Source: Eledone cirrhosa (Eukaryota). Taken from it: DNA of 64,000 nucleotides. This document shows positions 1 to 12,506 of this stretch, piece after piece (the stretch's first letter is position 1; each line of letters begins with the position of its first letter). The translations under genes and the position numbers were made by a program. The notes beneath the pieces are model-generated. The model searched no databases and had not been told where the DNA came from. It saw only the letters and a list, made by a program, of their open reading frames with translations. Location: the NCBI GenBank assembly GCA_964016885.1, contig OZ024741.1:141546001-141610000 (forward strand), written 5' to 3'.

Positions 1-388
1 TCGAGTGCGGGGTTGTGTGTGTGTGTGTGCGTAGATATATGCGTATATTAATTCGTTAACCTCTGTATTAACTCGACAACTATTGAGCTTTGACAGTGGT
101 CCCACTCATGTATACTGTTGAAGATGAAGAGAAAGACTGTAAAAACTAGCTTATCTTTATAATTTAAAATTGATACACACTACGATACTTTTTGCCTTAT
201 GACAGCTGGTTTTCACGCCGTAACATTAGATACATTATATACCCCCCCCCCCCCACCTAAGTAATGTCAGGGTCTCCTTAAGTAGTTTATTGATAGCATT
301 GTTGTAATTGTTGTTATTGTTCTAATTGAATGCCATAACTACTCCATATTTTCTTTTCTTTTCTTGCCTGTGTATTTTCTTCATTCTC

Positions 389-503
389 GCATGCTCCGAA
401 GATCTGACTGGTTATAATTCTGTATTGGCGATCGAGTGACGCAAAATTAGGCGGATAGCGATCTCTAGACATACCAGTTCAGTGAAACAAATGTAAGCTA
501 TGT
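389..503 (+). ncRNA. Degenerate type I hammerhead ribozyme in a probable PLE pseudo-LTR remnant
   Basis: Stem I GCATGCT(389-395)/AGCTATGT(496-503) with one bulge; core CCGAAGA (396-402, consensus CUGANGA); stem II CTGACTGGT/ACCAG(T)TCAG; GAAAC-AAAT-GTA (484-495); followed by ATTAAA and a (TA)n tract. Confidence 0.5.
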
Positions 504-550
504 GATTAAAAACTTTTTTGTATAGCAAACCATGTAAACCTTCTTTCCTG

Positions 551-553
<3 letters not shown>

Positions 554-625
<72 letters not shown>
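554..625. repeat. (TA)n microsatellite
   Basis: Pure TA run; similar runs near 1706-1753 and 3147-3200. Confidence 0.95.
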
Positions 626-629
<4 letters not shown>

Positions 630-748
630 AAAATGGAACGGGAACAAAACAGAGAGGCAGTACAAAGAAAGGTTTATTAGTTTCACGCAGGGGAGGGGAA
701 TGTTTGCCACTATATATATGTGAGTTGTCCACGTTTCTTATTCCTATA

Positions 749-885
749 AATAATTGTTTCTACATTTGGCACAAGGCCAGCAATTGCCCAGTATATTCCT
801 GGTACTTTATTTTATCGACCCTGTAAGGATGAAAGGCAAAGTTAACCTCGGCGGGATTTGAACTCAGATCATAAAACGCCGTAAC
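749..885 (-). mobile_element. tRNA-derived SINE family S1 (Meta-domain-like body, ATT tail)
   Basis: Reverse complement reads B-box GAGTTCAAATCCCGCCGAGG, then TTTGCCTTTCATCC...GGTCGATAAAATAAAGTACCAG, ending GGCCTTGTGCCAAATGTAGAAACAATT; matches the copy at 11821-12020. Confidence 0.8.
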
Positions 886-1249
886 TCTTTGCTGCAAATA
901 AATAATAAGAGTTCATCTAAGTGATATCAGATCTGACACTTGTTTTCAATATTACCTTCTGTGCTGAACACGTCTGTTCTGTTCGGTCACAATCTTTATT
1001 TACTATTTGATATTTAACGATGTTGATATAGTAAATTTGATATTACCCAGATGTTATCACACTTTAATGTTTACAACGTAGCCAAAATATTGAGTAATCG
1101 TTTATTACACCCCTGTGATGTAATTATTGTTATAACTATTTCATTTTTTTTTTTTTTTTTTTGTCTGTCACGATTACAATATTGATTAAAATCAGAACAT
1201 TTTTCCCGATATAAACACTAGAGTTATTCAGCAATAAAGAAGAAAGCAA

Positions 1250-1600
1250 GTGATTTCCATCGGTTTCGTCAGTGAGTAAATAATTTGTTTGACGAATGGA
1301 ACAAACTACTCGTGAAATTAGCGTGTAAGTGGCGGAGTATCTCATATACATGTATACTTTTAACATAAGCCTCGGGTAGATTTAGCCTGACAAAGTGCGT
1401 GACATGCCTGCTCCTTTGAATTACAGATGCAGTTTATGAGATGGGCTCCAAAACAATTTCCGTTCACTCAATTTTACTCACATGACATGGCTCAACCCTA
1501 GGTCATGGTAAACAACACGTGCTCAAGATGTCACGTTGTGGGATCGAAGTCGCGATCTATCGATTGTGAAACAATTTCTTTAAGCTATCAACTATGAATT
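1250..1600 (-). mobile_element. Decayed SINE pieces (S2-type tail plus a tRNA-like head)
   Basis: Tail shares the AACCGATGGAA motif with 10010-10020; B-box-like TTCGATCCC on the minus strand near 1540. Confidence 0.45.
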
Positions 1601-1701
1601 GTCTCCATTAATATTAATAGTTTCTAACATAGGCACAACATCGGAAAGTACTTAAGTGGTTCTTTATTTATCAAGTACCTTTCTTAACAGGGGTCAGCTC
1701 C

Positions 1702-1756
<55 letters not shown>

Positions 1757-1759
1757 ATT

Positions 1760-2142
1760 ACCCTTTCTGACTTACTTTCATTCTTATCCTTGTCAATAAT
1801 TTCATTTATTTTCACTTTTATTTATTTTTTTATTTATTTTTACTTCACCCCCCCCCCCTCCCCCCTTTATTCTCCGATCCACTTCCTATTTTCTATTTTT
1901 TACTTCCCCTTCTTTTACTTCCCTTTTTCCTCTACTAACTGATTATACTTGTCTTTTGTGTTTTTCAAACCAGATATATTTTTCAATTTTATTTTTATTT
2001 TATTTTTGCGCAGCCTATCCTACAATTTTATATTTGTATTTATTTATCCACATTTCAATATGGCTGAACGCCTTAATGTGTGTATACTTTTTTTTATATA
2101 TGTACACGAGTGACTACGTATGTGCGCGCGCGTGCGTGCATG

Positions 2143-2181
<39 letters not shown>

Positions 2182-3144
2182 GTGTATGTATGCGTGTGTG
2201 TACTGGTGTTTGTGTGTGTGTGTGTGTGTATATTATGCGTATGTGTAAGTGTCTTTATATCCGTGTTTTTGACATTTCGGTTTTATATTTTTTTGTTTCT
2301 TTTTTCTTCCCCCCCCCCTTCCCTCTTTCGTTACTTACCCAGTTTCATACATGGGCATGCAAACAGGTTCATATGCGCGAGTATAAGTATGTGTGTGTGT
2401 GTGTATGTATGTATCGAATGTATGGAAGTGTAAGTGCGCGTGTGTATAAAACCATAATTATTTTTACATTTCTTTTGTGAGACACGCGTGTCTGTGTATG
2501 TATGTACCCCCGCTTTTTTTGTTTTCTTTAATTTTTTCTTTCTATCTTGTCTTTCTAATTTATCGTTACTATATTTTTATAAATATATCGTAATAGATAC
2601 TTTTCTTTTATTTATTATACTCTCTTTATCTCCTTTCTTTCCGCATCTAAGTGTACGAGTGTCCAGGCGTTTTTATATGCGCGACTTTATTTTCTTATTT
2701 TTACGAAGTAACCATTTCCGTCTGTATAATACAGACATATAGATACATTTGCCCTAAATTTTTATAATTACGCACACTTTCTAACCATACATTTACACGT
2801 GCACATATACATATATGCACATCTATGAGCGTATATACATACACATACACACACCTAACTATTTTTCTTGATAGATTTTTATATATTTCAATTTCTATTT
2901 CATTTATCTATATATTTTTTTTTTGATTTTCTTGATGTGTTTTTCTAAGTATTTGCCCATGTTTTATATTGCCTCGTCTGACGAACGAATGAAGTCGTTT
3001 ATTTGGTATTCGCCTCATTCGGGAAACCTCTGGTAATGAGGTAATTATATTGTATTGATTTTATACATTAAATTTTGCTCTGATATTTACATAGAGCACC
3101 CTTCATTTCTATGACCTTTTCTGTTTCCAACTGAAATTTCAATA

Positions 3145-3146
<2 letters not shown>
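1760..3146 (+). mobile_element. Non-coding 3' region/pseudo-LTR of a Penelope-like element
   Basis: T-rich segment with the hammerhead about 100 nt from its 3' end, then ATTAAA; bounded on both sides by (TA)n, as is typical of PLE insertions. No ORF seen. Confidence 0.5.
2968..3045 (+). ncRNA. Type I hammerhead ribozyme, near canonical
   Basis: Stem I ATTGCCTCGT(2968-2977)/ATGAGGTAAT(3036-3045); core CTGACGA (2978-2984); stem II CGAATGA/TCATTCG; GAAA (3023-3026); stem III ACC-TCT-GGT; cleavage triplet GUA, cutting after 3035. Confidence 0.85.
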
Positions 3147-3206
<60 letters not shown>

Positions 3207-4038
3207 TAAACAAATAATGAATAAAACAATGAAACAGTTCCTTATATTAAACAAAAAAAGTTCATTATTTAACGATCGTTTCTAGGATATATATGTGTTA
3301 GAATTGGCATGCATATTCAACAGATCTATGTACAAAATTATACAAAATTATACAAACTATCAAAATTAAATATACATACCAAACACACATATACGCCGTC
3401 TTCAGAAATAATGAAATATATTTATTGATAATAACAACAATTCAAAATTTCAGGTCCGTTTGGGAACAAAATTGACCAATGAAAATACAAAAGGTTTTGT
3501 GCAGTTTGGTGTGTGTATATACATATAACTACCCCGTACACATATTTATACAAAGATGTATGCTAAACATGCATACGCATGCCAAAAAGATGCATGCAAA
3601 TACAAAATTTCAAGGTTAATGTCTCTGTAAGTTTATAATGCACAGATAAGATGCGTATAGACACATAAATATGAAATAAGTGTATACACATATTCTCATA
3701 CTCACACATATCCGTACACTCACACACACGCGCGCGTATATGCATAAACATACACATAATTACGAACATACATACACACACACACCCCCACACACATATA
3801 TATATGTGTGGATATAATATTATCATAAGCACATGGATATTAATTCACTCACATAAACACTGCCACACACATTTAGATCAAGATACAGAAATTAGGTGGG
3901 AGGGGGGGAGAGGTCAGTATTCAACGGTTTGGGCAGACTGCTTATTTATAGATGTATCTATAAACTAAGAAATAAAAAATAAAAATTAAAAAGGAAAGAA
4001 AAGAAAAAGAAAAAAGAAAAAAGAAATATATCAAGAAA

Positions 4039-4110
<72 letters not shown>

Positions 4111-4112
<2 letters not shown>

Positions 4113-4300
4113 CGAAGGAAATGTGGTAAGGAACCAGGTGGACCATAACGCACCAAAGTACTCAATACTTGAGGTAGTAGAGTGGGTAATAGGAACCAGT
4201 AAGACCCCGACAGCTGAGCTCAAGCCGTTTCGACGGCTAATTCAGTCCAGAATTAGCCGTCGAAACGGCTTGAGCTCAGCTGTCGGGGTCTTACTGGTTC

Positions 4301-4304
<4 letters not shown>
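4111..4304 (-). mobile_element. Short PLE-type insertion with a perfect 55-bp fold-back
   Basis: Arms 4189-4243 and 4250-4304 are exact reverse complements around a 6-nt loop; 4111-4208 is a near-identical reverse complement of 8946-9043; flanked by (TA)n. Confidence 0.75.
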
Positions 4305-4335
<31 letters not shown>

Positions 4336-4478
4336 CACACATCTACATTTAGAACACACATACACACACATATATAAACATATACATATACACACATACA
4401 CATCTACATTTAGAACACACATACACACACATATATAAACATATACATATACACACATACACACATATACACACATAC

Positions 4479-4523
<45 letters not shown>

Positions 4524-4799
4524 TACACATATAATCACACATACATATATAGACACACATATATATACACATACACGCACATATACATACACATACATAC
4601 TTATATACATACAGATATACACATACATACCTATATATACACACAAATACATACAGACATACATACATACATACACACAAATACTTACGCATCCATATAT
4701 CGGTATATACATACAAACACCACTACACTCTCACACAACTCAGACATACAAAGAAAAAGGTATATACCTATACACATATACACATACAAATAGAGATAC

Positions 4800-4838
<39 letters not shown>

Positions 4839-5046
4839 TATATATATATATACATACACATATACACACATATACATACATACACATACATACATGTATA
4901 CACACATACATATACATACATACACACATACACACATACATATATAGTCATACACACACATACACCTACACGAACATACACATACACATATATAAAGATA
5001 TATATACACACACACACATACACACACACACATATATATAAAATAA

Positions 5047-5089
<43 letters not shown>

Positions 5090-5408
5090 CACATATACAT
5101 AGACATATATGTACATACATACACACATATACATACATATACACACACATATATATATATATATACACACATAGACACATACATACATACACACACAACA
5201 TACATACACACACATATATACTCATACATAGACATAGATATATATTCATACATACATACGCACTTACATATACTCATATATACAAATACATACGCATCCA
5301 TATATGCGTATATACATACAAACACCACTACACTCTCACACAACTCAGACATACAAAGAAAAAGGTATATACATATAGATATATACACACATTAATAGAG
5401 ATACATAT

Positions 5409-5443
<35 letters not shown>

Positions 5444-5650
5444 CATTTATATATATACACCCACACACACATACAACCATAAACACACATACAAACACAC
5501 ACATACACACATATATACATACATATATATACACACACACAAAAAACACACATACACATATATATTTTTTCACATATATATACATATATATACATATACA
5601 CACCCTCACATATACACACATACACATAAGTTATATTATAATAATAAATA

Positions 5651-5681
<31 letters not shown>

Positions 5682-5714
5682 CGAATATAGACATATATAC
5701 ACACATAGATATAC

Positions 5715-5750
<36 letters not shown>

Positions 5751-5914
5751 TCACATATATATGTGCGCACACGTACATATATATACATACATATACACAT
5801 AAACATATACATGTGCATACATGTACATACACACATATACCCACATAGATACGAAGATAGACATATATATAGAGAGACATACATATATATACACATACAT
5901 ATATACACATACAT

Positions 5915-5959
<45 letters not shown>

Positions 5960-6075
5960 TACACGCCCACACACATATACACATATACACGTATATATAT
6001 ATATACATATACACATATACATACACATGCATATATACACATATATATATACATACACACATATATATACACACA
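4305..6075. repeat. Compound (TA/CA/TACA)n microsatellite with internal duplications
   Basis: Low-complexity tract; CATCTACATTTAGAAC occurs twice (~4340, ~4401) and CACCACTACACTCTCACACAACTCAGACATACAAAGAAAAAGG twice (~4718, ~5323). Confidence 0.9.
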
Positions 6076-6359
6076 ATCTTACATTCTTATTTGCATGCGC
6101 ATATATGTATTTTTATATTCAGATATAAATACCCAAACATATATACACCTACCTACATATATATTCATACATACACGCTTACAAACACAGATGATAATAG
6201 TATGGGGGAAAGGGGGGGGGGGGTTGGAGAAGGGGATTATAGTAAATATATGTTTTAAGAAACATAGAATATTATCTGTATCTGGATCCCAATATATGCT
6301 TTTACATAGTTTCAGTGTTAGGAAATACAAGAAATAAGGCAAAATTATGCATTTCAAAA

Positions 6360-6754
6360 TAAGTATACCATTAATTATATGTTAACTAAACTAAAGATAG
6401 TTAACATATTGATTTCTAAGGTGTAAATTAGTTAGGTTTATAATATTTGAAGCAGAATTTTGAAGTTAAATAGTAGTAGAGTATTAATTATAGTATAACT
6501 AAATTAAAGTTATTAACGTTATGGTATCAATATTAGGAAATGAATTTAGTAATAGGGAAAAAACAAATAAAGTATTACATCGGTAGTAGAATATAAATTA
6601 TAGGTTAACTAAATTAAAAATTATATATTAATTTCTATAGTATATGTTAATTAGGTATATAATAAATAAAACAGATATTGTATTTTATCAATAGCAGAAT
6701 ATAATTATATGCAAATAGAAATCAAAATTAATACATATACATATACATATACAT

Positions 6755-6821
<67 letters not shown>

Positions 6822-7321
6822 TACACATACATATACATACATACATATACATATTTTTTCAAAAATTGCAAAGAATATATTAACTAGGTATACATCCAAA
6901 ACACATCCCATTCTATGATTACATGACACTCTGCAATCCGTCTGTATAAGGATACTAATTTTAAGCCAATTAAATTAAATTTTTAGGTTGACTAAATTTA
7001 AAACCAAATTATAAATATATTTCTAAAATGTATATTAATTAGGTCTATAATACTAAAAATTATTTCTCTGTCATTGGAATACACGATATTTTGTTATATT
7101 TTATCTGTAAAGGAATTTTAATAAAAGGTTTAAATAAATTAAAATTAATCTATAAATTAAATTACTAAGTATATATTAGTAATATTTAAAGGTTTTTCAC
7201 AATTTATGATTACACAATATTTTATATTCTCATCTGTAGTAGAATTTTAATTAAATTAAATTTATAGGTTAACTAACATTTAAATTAAATTAATTTCTAA
7301 AATAATGTTATTAATTAGGTT

Positions 7322-7325
<4 letters not shown>
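6360..7325. repeat. Decayed AT-rich tandem repeat
   Basis: Recurring unit ...TAGGTTAACTAAATT...TTTCTA...TTAATTAGGT at about 6380, 6600, 6985 and 7265. Confidence 0.55.
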
Positions 7326-7355
<30 letters not shown>

Positions 7356-7462
7356 CGCGTGTGTGTGTATGCATACGTACAAACATCTATATATATACAC
7401 ACACATATATACATATGTACATATGGGTTACATCAAAGATTGATAATTATGTTCGATTCGTT

Positions 7463-7634
7463 TGTAAACAAACGGCCTGATTTAAAGCTGTGACGTGTTG
7501 GTGACCGATCGTCACCTGTTTGATCGATTTAAAGGTGTGCTGTGCCGGTGACCGATCGTCACCTGTTTGTTCAACAAACAGGTGACGATCGGTCACCGGC
7601 ACAGCACACCTTTAAATCGAGCCGTTTGTTTACA
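7463..7634. repeat. GC-rich palindrome / fold-back element
   Basis: Perfect 48-bp arms 7524-7571 and 7573-7620; outer arms TGTAAACAAACGGC (7463-7476)/GCCGTTTGTTTACA (7621-7634); a diverged extra unit at 7477-7523. Confidence 0.9.
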
Positions 7635-7857
7635 TTTTACGTATGTAAGTATAGATTTAATATTTAATATTCTCTAGATCGATACAGACGGACTATATGT
7701 ACTTGAATTAAGGTATTTCTATCTGGCTAAAAAATTATTGTCATTTTGCAAAAAAAAAAAAAACACAGTAGTGTTGATCATATATTTTTTTAAATTATAA
7801 TGTAATGCTCAGAAGTATTTTCTTAGAGCTTAATATTTGTAACTGACTACTAAACTG

Positions 7858-8926
<1,069 letters not shown>

Positions 8927-8929
<3 letters not shown>

Positions 8930-9043
8930 GGAACAAGTAAGACCCGGGGTCTTACTTGTTCCTATTACCCACTCTACTACCCTAAGTATTGAGTACTTTG
9001 GTGCGTTATGGTCCACCTGGTTCCTTACCACATTTCCTTCGTT
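8927..9043 (+). mobile_element. Second copy of the short PLE-type element, with a 19-bp fold-back at its 5' end
   Basis: ATAGGAACAAGTAAGACCC-G-GGGTCTTACTTGTTCCTAT palindrome centred on 8946; flanked by (TA)n. Confidence 0.75.
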
Positions 9044-9549
9044 ATATATATATATATATATATATATACAGGAACGGCATTGGTAGACCCGAGGCTACAG
9101 TAGATTCTAGAACCACATGAGTGTGAAACGAACTTCTTAACCACTCAACTTCATCCCTCGCCTATATAGGTTGTTATTTTCCTAACCATTGTTAATTTAC
9201 ATAAGTTCTGATCAGTTGTGAGTAAACAAGTTTTAGAATATATTTTAATTCTCGGCACATGTTGCCGCTAGATTCCCACCAGCAAACTCACAGTATAATA
9301 TTAAAACATTTTCTATTTGGCGTCGTAAATAACCTGTCAAACTGTAATCGCTGATCAACTCCAATATCAGGCTAATCTAAAATAAGTTGGCAATCTATTG
9401 ACTAATTACATATGCTGCTTCATATTTAATATATTCATCATCCTAGCCCGTCTAATCCTATGTTTTAATTGAATGTGTCAAAATGGCGAACATCTTTTTC
9501 ATGTTTAATTAATTTCGTTCCAGTTTGTCCTTCTATTGTCTATTATAAG

Positions 9550-10030
9550 ACGGTGGTATGAACGCGCATACAATTCTGGCTAGGGATGCTCGGCTATTGA
9601 TCGTAAAACCCTACGTACGATTCCCTGTGGTGGTGTATTGTGTTTCTTATCACGATACTATATATCACGTTGCTCCATTCCACTCAGCTGGCAAATATGT
9701 GTTGTATCTTTAATTCAAAGAGCCAGCCGTGACACACTATGTTATGAGTTAATCAATTCGGTTACCGGCGGTGCGTTGTGTTCTTCGGTAAAACACTTTA
9801 CTTTAAATTGCTTCAGTTCATTCAGGTGGGAAAAATTAGTTATACTTGTAATTTAAAGGCCCAACCTTGTCACACACTGTGTCTTACTGAATCGTCCTGC
9901 TAACTACGGTAAGTGTAAACGCTGTCTGGAAAATGCATAACAAGTTGCAAGTTAATTTCAAACGAAGACTGTTTCGTTCTCTGAACAACTCGAACATTCA
10001 TGGTCGTAACCGATGGAAGTCCAACACACA
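9550..10030 (+). mobile_element. tRNA-derived SINE family S2 (CORE-like), two partial copies
   Basis: Head with CGATTCCC box, then TTGCTCCATTCCACTCAGCTGG and CCTTGTCACAC, shared with copies at ~35690, ~39286 and ~61445. Confidence 0.55.
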
Positions 10031-10256
10031 CATTCACAAACATGAGATAGTTGTTTCTGAGATTATTTATTTCCTCGACATCAGACATTGGAATTGATGA
10101 CAGATTACATAGATTTAGAGAACGTTGACACACTATTTTGTATGTATTGTAATTAATTAGAAAGACAATGTTTAGCCTTTACTGTTTGAGTTCAAATCCC
10201 ACCAAGGTCATTTATAACTCTTTCTCTATTTCTCGGAAAGAACTCTGTTGTATTCC

Positions 10257-11716
10257 ATCCCTTGATTCGGTCTTTCATTACCAGAACTGTGGTACCTTTT
10301 GTCAAACACTCTAGTACTTCACCCGACACCAAGCATTCATTGAATATGGTTGTCAATTTTGGGTGGAGGGATGTATTGTTTATCCAATATCCTCGCACAC
10401 CATCTGAACCTGGTGATTTCCAATTGGTTAGTTGTTTTTTTGTCTGTTTTTTAAGGGTTTCCACTGTGATACTTAAATCAGGTTGTTGGTGTGTGTGCTT
10501 GTTCACTAATCTCCTTTTTAATTGTCTCAATCCATACTGCCTGACTATTATGTTCAACATCCTGCTCCCATATTCCGTTCCAAAATGCCTTAGTCTGTTC
10601 AGCTTCATAGATCACTTCGTTCCCTCAAGCTGTTCAAATGACATCTGGTTGTTGTCAAACATGCGGTTCTGTCTATACTGACTAACTCTGTTCTCATATC
10701 GTTTAATTTTGCGCTTTTTGCTACAATGCGTTGCTTAATTTCCTCTATGATAACATTTAGCTCTTTTCCCTTAGTGTTATATTTTATTTTTAATCTATCC
10801 TTAGTGTCTATGTTTTGCAATGTCCCGTTTAGTAAAGACTCAAGCTTTCCAATGTCTTTTCTCATTTCCTTGATTTGACCATTCAGTCGTTTCTTCCACC
10901 TAAGTTCTGTTCTTTCTTGTTTGTTGTTTCCTCTCGTTGTATACCTAGTAATCTTTTCACCACATTTGTGGTTGCTTTGAAGATGATGTTGTATTGGTGA
11001 AGGTGCTTCGGCTCAAGGTATGGGATGATCCTGTTTACTTTAGCTGTCGTTTCTTTTAACTTTTTCCTGTCTACAAATCTTAGGTCCATAGGTTTTCCAC
11101 TACCATTGTTTATTTCATCTACCACTAAGTTTAAAATATCAACAAAATCTTGCCCTAGCCCGTCAGTATTCATTTCCTCATTGGCCCTATCTTTGTTCCA
11201 GATGTTATATATTTTAGCATTCAAGTCATTGTCTGCTTCAGTTGCTTCCTCAGGTATATCAATCTCTTCACCCTTATTTCCCACAGGCTCATTTGCTTGA
11301 TATACCCCACTCTCCATTTCCATCTCAATCTCTCTGCTCAGTTCCTTCAGTTCCAACTCGCTTATCCAGCCATTAGTTCTTATTACATGACCCTGACCGG
11401 TCAATTTTTGTTCATCTAATTTAATAGACCAATCTCGTTCCAGATGTTATGCATCCGTTTCCTATAGCCTTTTTCCATGGGGTTACACTTCAGGTAACAT
11501 TTCATGACAGTTCTATTCATTTCTTTCGTCCAGTTGGTTCTTGCTCCATTCCTTCTTCTTCCTCCAACACTAGCAGTATTTGGATGACAGCTAGGTCCCT
11601 GCTGCTGGGCCAGGGTGCACTTGCTGGGTCTTTCACATGAATTCCAGCCTCCTTTCCACCGTTATTCGAACTATTTAGGTTCGACATTTAAACACTCATA
11701 TAGAGGATTAGTGAAT
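10257..11716 (-). mobile_element. R4/Dong family A, decayed 5' half (copy A3)
   Basis: Collinear with ~22206-23697; ORF pieces VIRTNGWISELEL, LKETTAKVN and WKSPGSDGV; multiple frameshifts; same 5' terminus as copy A2. Confidence 0.9.
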
Positions 11717-11820
11717 TTAAAGTTGCACCAACACCAATGTTTTTATCGTGACACCATCACGTTAAAAAAAGAAAACATTAAATTTTGGGACAATTTATGT
11801 GACATTTATCTATTATTATT

Positions 11821-12020
11821 AGGGTGGGGGATTGGCAGTATCAGTAGAAGGTCGGACGCCATGCTCTCTAGCATAGTTACGTCCCTTTACGATCTGAGTT
11901 CAAATCCCGCCGAGGTTAACTTTGCCTTTCATCCATACATGGTCGATAAAATAAAGTACCAGTAATGTACTGGTTAATTACTGGCCTTGTGCCAAAAGTA
12001 GAAACAATTATTATTATTAT
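11821..12020 (+). mobile_element. SINE S1, near full length, ending in (ATT)n
   Basis: A-box-like TTGGCAGTATCAGTAG, B-box GAGTTCAAATCCC, central domain, and tail GGCCTTGTGCCAAAAGTAGAAACA(ATT)n. Confidence 0.85.
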
Positions 12021-12028
12021 AATTTCAT

Positions 12029-12469
12029 GACACGTTTGAAAGGGCTGAAGACGAGCACTTACCTCTTCGGTGATGCCCTGATTGACTTTTTCAAATTTCA
12101 TTTGAAAAGGAAAATCAGAGTAGAGAGGGAAGTGCTCTCTTCCCAGCATTTTGTTGAAAGATGGGTGAGAGAAGTAAGAATGGCCCGAGTGAATGGGCCT
12201 ACTCTGAGTATGTATCTGTAAATTAAAGGTGGAAAACTGGGAGAGGGCACTTGACTTGGTGGTCAGGGTCACTGTAGCCTTTTACTGGGCTTTCTCCACA
12301 AATGTCCCTCCGAAGTCTCCCCACTATTGGGGAATTTTTCATTGTTATTTTTTGTTACATCCTCTGTTTTTGTTTTTTACACGTAGAAATTCCCATTTGT
12401 ACCGTCCTGTATTGTCCTGCACTGTCCTTAATATCTACTTTATGTAAACCCTTGTGGTTAATAAAGAAA

Positions 12470-12471
<2 letters not shown>
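12029..12471 (+). mobile_element. Tx1-clade family C, 5'-truncated 3' fragment
   Basis: Near-identical to 33554-33996 (TRLKGLKTSTYLFGDALIDFFKFHLKRK); ends AATAAAGAAATC followed by (ATT)n. Confidence 0.92.

Positions 12472-12505
<34 letters not shown>

Positions 12506-12506
<1 letters not shown>

Noticed and set aside
498-7493. Many YIYI/VCVC/HTHT ORFs (also at 53-56 kb and 60-64 kb)
   Set aside because: Translations of stop-free dinucleotide microsatellites; no coding signal.
11821-11915. tRNA gene
   Set aside because: A/B-box-like motifs only, no cloverleaf; it is a multi-copy SINE head.
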